Positions 57,601 through 64,000 of a stretch of 64,000 nucleotides of DNA are shown here, piece after piece. Every line of letters starts with the position of its first letter. Positions within the stretch are counted from its first letter, which is position 1. The position numbers and the translations under genes were made by a program. The notes under the pieces are model-generated. The model made no database searches. It was not told the DNA's origin and saw only the letters and a program-made list of their open reading frames with translations. The DNA comes from the human T2T-CHM13v2.0 reference genome, Homo sapiens. The stretch is from assembly GCF_009914755.1 (NCBI RefSeq), contig NC_060933.1. One strand, 5' to 3'.

Positions 57601-59168
57601 TCCATTCCACTCCATTCCATTCCATTCCATTCCATTCCATTTTATTCGTGTTAATTCCATTCCATTCCATTCCATTCCATTCCATTCCATTCCATTCCAT
57701 TCCATTACAATCGAGTTGATTCCATTCCATTCCATTCCTTTCCATTCCATTCCATTCCAGTCCTTTCCATTCCATTCCACTCGGGTTGATTCCATTCTAT
57801 TAGTTTCCATTCCATTCCATTCCCTTCCATTCCACTCTGGTTGATTCCATTCCTTTCCATTCCACTCGAATACATTCCCTCCTATTCCACTCGGAACGAT
57901 TCCATTTCATTCCATTCCATTCCATTCCATTCCATTCCAGTTCGTTCCATTCTTTCTATTCCGTACCATTCCATTCCATTCCATTCCTTTCCATTCCATT
58001 CTTTTCCACTCGTGTTGATTCCATTCCTTTCCGTTCCATTCGGTTTGAAGGCATTCCATTCCATTCAATTCCATTCCATTCCATTCCATTCCGTTCCGTT
58101 CCATTCCATTCCATTCCGTTCTATTCGGGTTAATTCCATTCCATTCAATTCGATTGCCATCGAGTTGATTCCATTCCATTCCATTCCATTCCATTCCATT
58201 CCTTTCCATTCCATTACGGATGACTCCATTCCATTGCATTCCATTCCATTCCATTCCCCTGTACTCGGGTTGATTCCATTCCATTCCATTCCACTCCATT
58301 CGGTTCCGTTGCATTCCATTCTATTGCATTCCATTCTATTCGGGTTAATTCCATTCCATTCAATTCCATTCCATTCCATTCCATTCCATTGCAATGGAGT
58401 TGATTCCATTCCATTCCATTCCATTCCGGATGATTGCATTCCATTGCATTCCATTCCATTCCATTCCCCTGCACTCGTGTTGATTGCATTCCATTCCATT
58501 CCATTCCATTCCGTTCCATTCCATTCCATTCCATTCTATTCCGGTTAATTCCATTCCATTCCATTCCATTCCATTCCATTCCATTGCAATCGAGTTGTTT
58601 CCATTCCATTCCTTTCCATTCCATTCCTTTGCCTTGCATTCCACTCGGGTTGATTCCATTCCCTTCTTTCCACTCCATTACATTCCCTTCCATTCCACTC
58701 GGAATGATTGATTCCATTCCATTCCATTCCATTTCATTCCATTGCTATCCATTCCAATCCATTCCATTCCATTCCATTCCACTCGAGTTGACTTCATTCC
58801 ATTCCTTTCCATTCCATTCCATTCCTTTCCACTCGAGTTGATTCCATTCCATTCCAATCCATTGCATTCCATTCCATGCGATTCCACTCGGGTTGATTCC
58901 TTTCCTTTGCATTCCATTCCATTCCATTCCATTGCATTCCATTCCATTCCATTCCGTTGCATTCCATTCCATTACATTCGGATTGATTCTATTCAACTCC
59001 CTTACTCTCCATTACATTCCATTCCATTCGGGTTGTTCCATTCCATTCCATTCCATTCCACTCCATTCCATTGCGCTCGGGTTGATTCCATTCCATTCCA
59101 TTCCATTCCATTCCATTCCGGATGATTCCATTCCATTGCATTCCGTTCCATTACATTCCCCTGCACTC
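54650..59168 (+). repeat. Tandem duplication, ~2.5 kb unit (54650-57170) followed by a shorter copy (57175-59168)
   Basis: GAAGGC 55481/58047 (offset 2566). After that, ATTGCCATCGAG 55887/58153, GACTCC 55961/58222, GGTTCCGTTG 56041/58302 and GTTGACTTCA 56531/58787 have offsets of 2256-2266. Confidence 0.88.
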
Positions 59169-60649
59169 GCGTTGATTCCATTCCATTGCATTCCATTCCA
59201 TTCAATTCCATTCCATTACAATTCGTTCCATTCCATTCTATTCCGTACCATTCCATTCCATTCCATTCCATTCCGTTCCATTCCGTTCCATTCCATTCCA
59301 TTCTATTCGGGTTAATTTCATTCAATTCCATTCCATCCCATTCTATTACATTCCATTGCAATCGAGTTGAATCCATTGCATTTCATTCCATTCCATTACA
59401 TTCCATTCCATTCCGGAAGATTCCATTCCATTGCATTCCATTCCATTCCATTCCCCTGCACTCGCGTTGATTCCATTCCATTCCATTCCTTTCCATTCCG
59501 TTCCATTCCATTCCGTTCCGTTCCATTCCATTCCATTCCATTCCATTCCATTCCATTCCATTCCGTTCCGTTCCATTCCATTCCATTCCATTCTATTCGG
59601 GTTAATTCCATTCCATTCCATTCGATTGCAATCGTGTTGATTCCATTCCATTCCATTCCATTCCATTCCATTCCATTCCATTCCTTTCCATTCCATTACG
59701 GATGATTCCATTCCAATGCATTCCATTCCATTCCATTCCCCTGTACTCGGGTTGATTCCATTCCATTCCAATCCATGCCATTCCACTCGTGTTGATTCCA
59801 TTCTTTCCATTCCATTCAAGTTGAATCCATTCCATTGCATTCCATTCCATTCGATTCCATTCAATTGCACTCGGGTTGATTCCATTCCATTGCATTCCAT
59901 TCCGTTCCATTCCATTCCATTCCATTCCTTTCCGTTCCATTCCATTCCATTACATTCGGATTGATTCTATTCAATTCCCTTACACTCCATTCCATTCCAT
60001 TCCATTCGGGTAGTTTCCATTCCATTCCATTCCATTCCTCTCCATTCCATTGCACTCGGGTTGATTCCATTCCATTGCATTCCATTCCATTCCATTCAAT
60101 TCCATTCCGTTCCATTCCATTCCATTACATTCGGACTGATTCTATTCAACTCTCTTACTCTCCATTCCATTCCATTCCATTCGGGTTGTTCCATTCCATT
60201 CCATTCCATTCCACTCCATTCCATTGCACTCGGGTTGATTCCATTCCATTCCATTCCATACCATTCCATTCCATTCCATTCCATTCCATTCCATTCCATT
60301 CCATTCCGTTCCATTCCGTTCCATTCCATTCCATTCCATTCTATTCGGGTTAATTCCATTCCATTCCATTCCATTCCATTCTATTCCATTCCATTGCAAT
60401 CGAGTTGAATCCATTGCATTTCATGCCATTCCATTCCATTCCATTCCATTCCGGAAGATTCCATTCCATTGCATTCCATTCCATTCCATTCCCCTGCACT
60501 CGCGTTGATTCCATTCCATTCCATTCCATTCCATTCCATTCCATTCCATTCCGTTCCGTTCCGTTCCATTCCATTCTATTCCATTCCATTCCATTCCATT
60601 CCTTTCCGATCCATTCCATTCCATTCCATTCTATTTGGGTTAATTCCAT

Positions 60650-61990
60650 TCCATTCCATTCGATTGCAATCGAGTTGATTCCATTCCATTCCCTTCCATT
60701 CCATTCCATTCCTTTCCATTCCTTTCCATTACATTACGGATGATTCCATTCCATTGCATTCTATTCCATTCCATTCCCCTGTACTCGGGTTGATTCCATT
60801 CCATTACATTCCAATCCATGCCATTCCACTCGTATTGAATCCATTCTTTCCATTCCGTGCAAGTTGAATCCATTCCATTGCATTCCATTCCATTCGATTC
60901 CATTCGATTTCACTCGGGTTGATTCCATTCCATTGCATTCCATTCCATTCCATTCCATTCCATTCCGTTCCATTCCATTCCATTACATTCGGATTGATTC
61001 TATTCAACTCCCTTACTCTCCATTACATTCCATTCCATTCGGGTTGTTCCATTCCATTCCATTCCATTCCACTCCATTCCATTGGACTCGGGTTGATTCC
61101 ATTCCATTCCATTCCATTCCATTCCATTCCATTCCATTCCGGAAGATTCCATTCCATTGCATTCCAATCCATTCCATTCTCCTGCACTCGCGTTGATTCC
61201 ATTCTATTCCATTCTATTCCATTCCATTCCCTTCCTTTCCGTTCCATTCCATTCCATTCCATTCCATTCCATTCCGTTCCGTTCTGTTCCGATCCGTTCC
61301 ATTCCATTCCATTCCATTCTATTCGGGTTAATTCCATTCCATTCCATTCGATTGCAATCGAGTTGATTCCATTCCATTCCATTCCAATCCATTCCATTCC
61401 ATTCCATTCCTTTCCATTCCATTACGGATGATTCCATTCCATTGCATTCCATTCCATTCCATTCCCCTGTACTCGGGTTGATTCCATTCCATTCCATTCC
61501 AATCCATGCCCTTCCACTCGTGTTGATTCCATTATTTCCATTCCATTCTAGTTGAATCCATTCTATTGCATTCCATTCCATTCGATTCCATTCGATTGCA
61601 CTCGGGTTGATTCCATTCCATTGCATTCCATTCCATTCCATTCCATTCCATTCCGTTCCATTCCATTCCATTACATTCGGATTGATTCTATTCAACTCCC
61701 TTACACTCCATTACATTCGATTCCATTCGGGTTGTTCCATTCCATTCCATTCCATTCCACTCCATTCCATTGCACTCGGGTTGATTCCATTACATTCCAT
61801 TCCATTCCGGAAGATTGCATTCCATTGCATTCCATTACATTCCATTCCCCTGCACTCGCGTTGATTCCATTCCTTTCCATTCCATTCCATTCCATTCCAT
61901 TCCGTTCCGTTCCATTCCATTCCATTCCATTCCATTCCATTCCGTTCCGTTCCATTCCATTCCATTTCATTCTATTCGGGTAAATTCCAT
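60650..61990 (+). repeat. Dispersed copy of ~23020-24370
   Basis: See 23020-24370. ORFs 23116..23355 and 60761..60973 share the rare ESTRVKSNGIEW translation. Confidence 0.85.
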
Positions 61991-62204
61991 TCCATTCCAT
62001 TCGACTGCCATCGAGTTGATTCCATTCCATTCCATTCCATTCCATTCCATTCCATTCCATTCCATTCCATTCTATTCCATTCCATTGCAATCGAGTTGAA
62101 TCCATTGCCTTTCATTCCATTCCATTCCATTCCATTCCAATCCATTCCGGAAGATTCCATTCCATTCCATTCCATTCCATTCCATTCCATTCCATTCCAT
62201 TGCA

Positions 62205-64000
62205 TTCCATTCCGGATGATTCCATTCCATTGCATTCCGTTCCATTACATTCCCTTGCACTCGGGTTGATTCCATTCCATTCCATTCCATTCCATTCGAT
62301 TCCATTCCATTCCCCTGCACTCGCGTTGATTCCATTCCATTCCATTCCATTCCATTCCATTCCATTCCATTCCTTTCCATTCCAGTCCTTTCCATTCCAT
62401 TCCACTCGGGTTGATTCCATTCTATTAGTTTCCATTCCATTCCATTCCCTTCCATTCCACTCTGGTTGATTCCATTCCTTTCCATTCCACTCGAATACAT
62501 TCCCTCCTATTACACTCGGAACGATTCCATTCCATTCCATTCCATTCCATTCCATTCCATTCCATTCCATTCCATTCCATTCCATTTCGTTCCATTCCAT
62601 TCTATTCCGTATCATTCCATTCCATTCCATTCCATTCCATTCCACTCGTGTTGATTTCATTCCTTTCCATTCCATTCGGTTTGAAGGCATTCCATTCCAT
62701 TCCATTCCATTCCATTCCATTCCATTCCATTCCAGTCCATTCCATTCCATTGTACTCGGGTTGATTCCATTCCATTGCATTCCATTCCATTCCATTCCGT
62801 TGCATTCCATTCCATTACATTCGGATTGATTCTATTCAACTCCCTTACTCTCCATTCCATTCCATTCCATTCGGGTTGTTCCATTCCATTCCATTCCATT
62901 CCACTCCATTCCATTGCACTCGGATTGATTCCATTCCATTCCATTCCATTCAATTCCATTCCATTCCGGATGATTCCATTCCATTGCATTCTGTTCCATT
63001 ACATTCCCCTGCACTCGGGTTGATTCCATTCCATTCCATTCCATTCCATTCGATTCCATTCCATTCCAATTCTTTCCATTCCATTCTATTCCGTACCATT
63101 CCATTCCATTCCATACAATTCCATTCCATTCCATTCCACTCCGTTCCGTTCCGTTCCGTTCCGTTCCGTTCCGTTCCATTCCATTCCATTCCATTCTATT
63201 CGGTTTAATTCCATTCCATTCCAGTCCATTCCATTCCATTCCATTCTATTCCATTCCATTGCAATCGAGTTGAGTCCATTGCATTCCATTCCATTCCATT
63301 CCATTCCATTCCGGAAGATTCCATTACATTGCATTCCATTCCTTTCCATTCCATTCCATTCCATTCCATTCCATTCCATTCCATTGTACTCGGGTTGATT
63401 CCATTCCATTGCATTCCATTCCATTCCATTCCATTCCATTCCATTCCATTCCATTCCGTTCCATTCCATTCCATTACATTCGGATTGATTCTTTTCAACT
63501 CCCTTACTCTCCATTACATTCCATTCCATTCGGGTTGTTCCATTGAATTCCATTCCATTCCACTCCATTGCATTGCACTCGGGTTGATTCCATTCCATTC
63601 CATTCCATTCCATTCTGGATGATTCCATTCCATTGCATTCCGTTCCATTACATTCCCCTGCACTCGGGTTGATTCCATTCCATTCCATTCCATTCCATTC
63701 GATTCCATTCCATTCCCCTGCACTCGCGTTGATTCCATTCCATTCCATTCCATTCCATTCCATTCCATTCCATTCCTTTCCATTCCAGTCTTTTCCATTC
63801 CATTCCACTCGGGTTGATTCCATTCTATTAGTTTCCATTCCATTCCATTCCCTTCCATTCCACTCTGGTTGATTCCATTCCTTTCCATTCCACTCGAATA
63901 CATTCCCTCTTATTCCACTCGGAACGATTCCATTCCATTCCATTCCATTCCATTTCGTTCCATTCCATTCTATTCCGTATCATTCCATTCCATTCCATTC
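62205..64000 (+). repeat. Dispersed copy (~1.8 kb, runs off window) of ~34100-35880
   Basis: Shared variants at ~28.1 kb offset: TGATTTCATTCCTTTCC (34531/62652), CCAGTCCATT (~34596/62732), CACTCGGATTG (~34791/62917), CAATTCTTTCC (34951/63067), CATACAATTCC (~34996/63112), GGTTTAATT (35081/63202), AGTCTTTTCC (35671/63787). Confidence 0.9.

Larger units (their letters stand above)
1..64000. repeat. Satellite III (HSat3-type) pericentromeric satellite array, (CATTC)n on + strand / (GGAAT)n on - strand
   Basis: Every line is built of CATTC pentamers and single-substitution variants (CATTG, CGTTC, TATTC, CTTTC, CACTC, GATTC), broken every few dozen to ~150 bp by ACTCGGGTTG / ACTCGTGTTG / ACTCGCGTTG. 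This matches the established Satellite III formula (GGAAT)n-CAAC(C/A)CGAGT. Long perfect CATTC runs and the absence of a dense TCGAT/ATGATG 23-26 bp pattern argue against Satellite II. The array runs off both window ends. Confidence 0.97.

Noticed and set aside
1-64000. CRISPR-like repeat/spacer array (conserved decamer separated by variable stretches)
   Set aside because: The 'spacers' are CATTC runs and recurring modules, not unique sequences. Spacing is irregular, and there is no leader or cas gene.
1-64000. Satellite II (HSat2) assignment
   Set aside because: CATTCGATTC occurs only sporadically. Long perfect CATTC runs and the ACTCGGGTTG decamer dominate, which is the Satellite III pattern.
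1-64000. Strand inversion, Alu/L1 insertion, telomeric tract or unique island hidden in the array
   Set aside because: I read all lines. The + strand stays C/T-rich with CATTC phase throughout. I saw no GGAAT-oriented block, poly(A) tail, TTAGGG run or non-satellite stretch. The most complex motifs (e.g. 6815-6850) still parse as diverged pentamers.

Overview
The whole 64 kb window is one uninterrupted block of (CATTC)n/(GGAAT)n simple-sequence satellite of the human Satellite III (HSat3) type. Diverged CATTC pentamer runs are punctuated by the classical ACTCG(G/T/C)GTTG interspersed motif. The C-rich strand is + throughout, and I saw no inversion, transposon insertion, gene or RNA gene. All listed ORFs are (MEWNG)n / (IPFHS)n read-through of the pentamer and are rejected. 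The array has no single clean higher-order repeat. It is a mosaic of a few recurrent modules (~0.7-1.0 kb core cycle, 175-bp dimer) overlaid by recent tandem duplications (~4.65 kb, ~2.5 kb, ~1.91 kb, ~1.39 kb) and dispersed copies 4-38 kb apart. The most interesting observations are four: (i) about 46 perfect three-unit heat-shock elements (nTTCnnGAAnnTTCn) built into one module; (ii) about 104 pentamer register shifts that all go in the same direction; (iii) an almost invariant 175-bp spacing in one dimer; (iv) two reciprocal 14-bp palindromes that look like quasi-palindrome corrections. I found no new protein-coding system. All counts and coordinates were read by eye, and duplication boundaries are approximate (tens of bp). 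Chromosome, subfamily and species (human or another great ape) cannot be assigned without a search.
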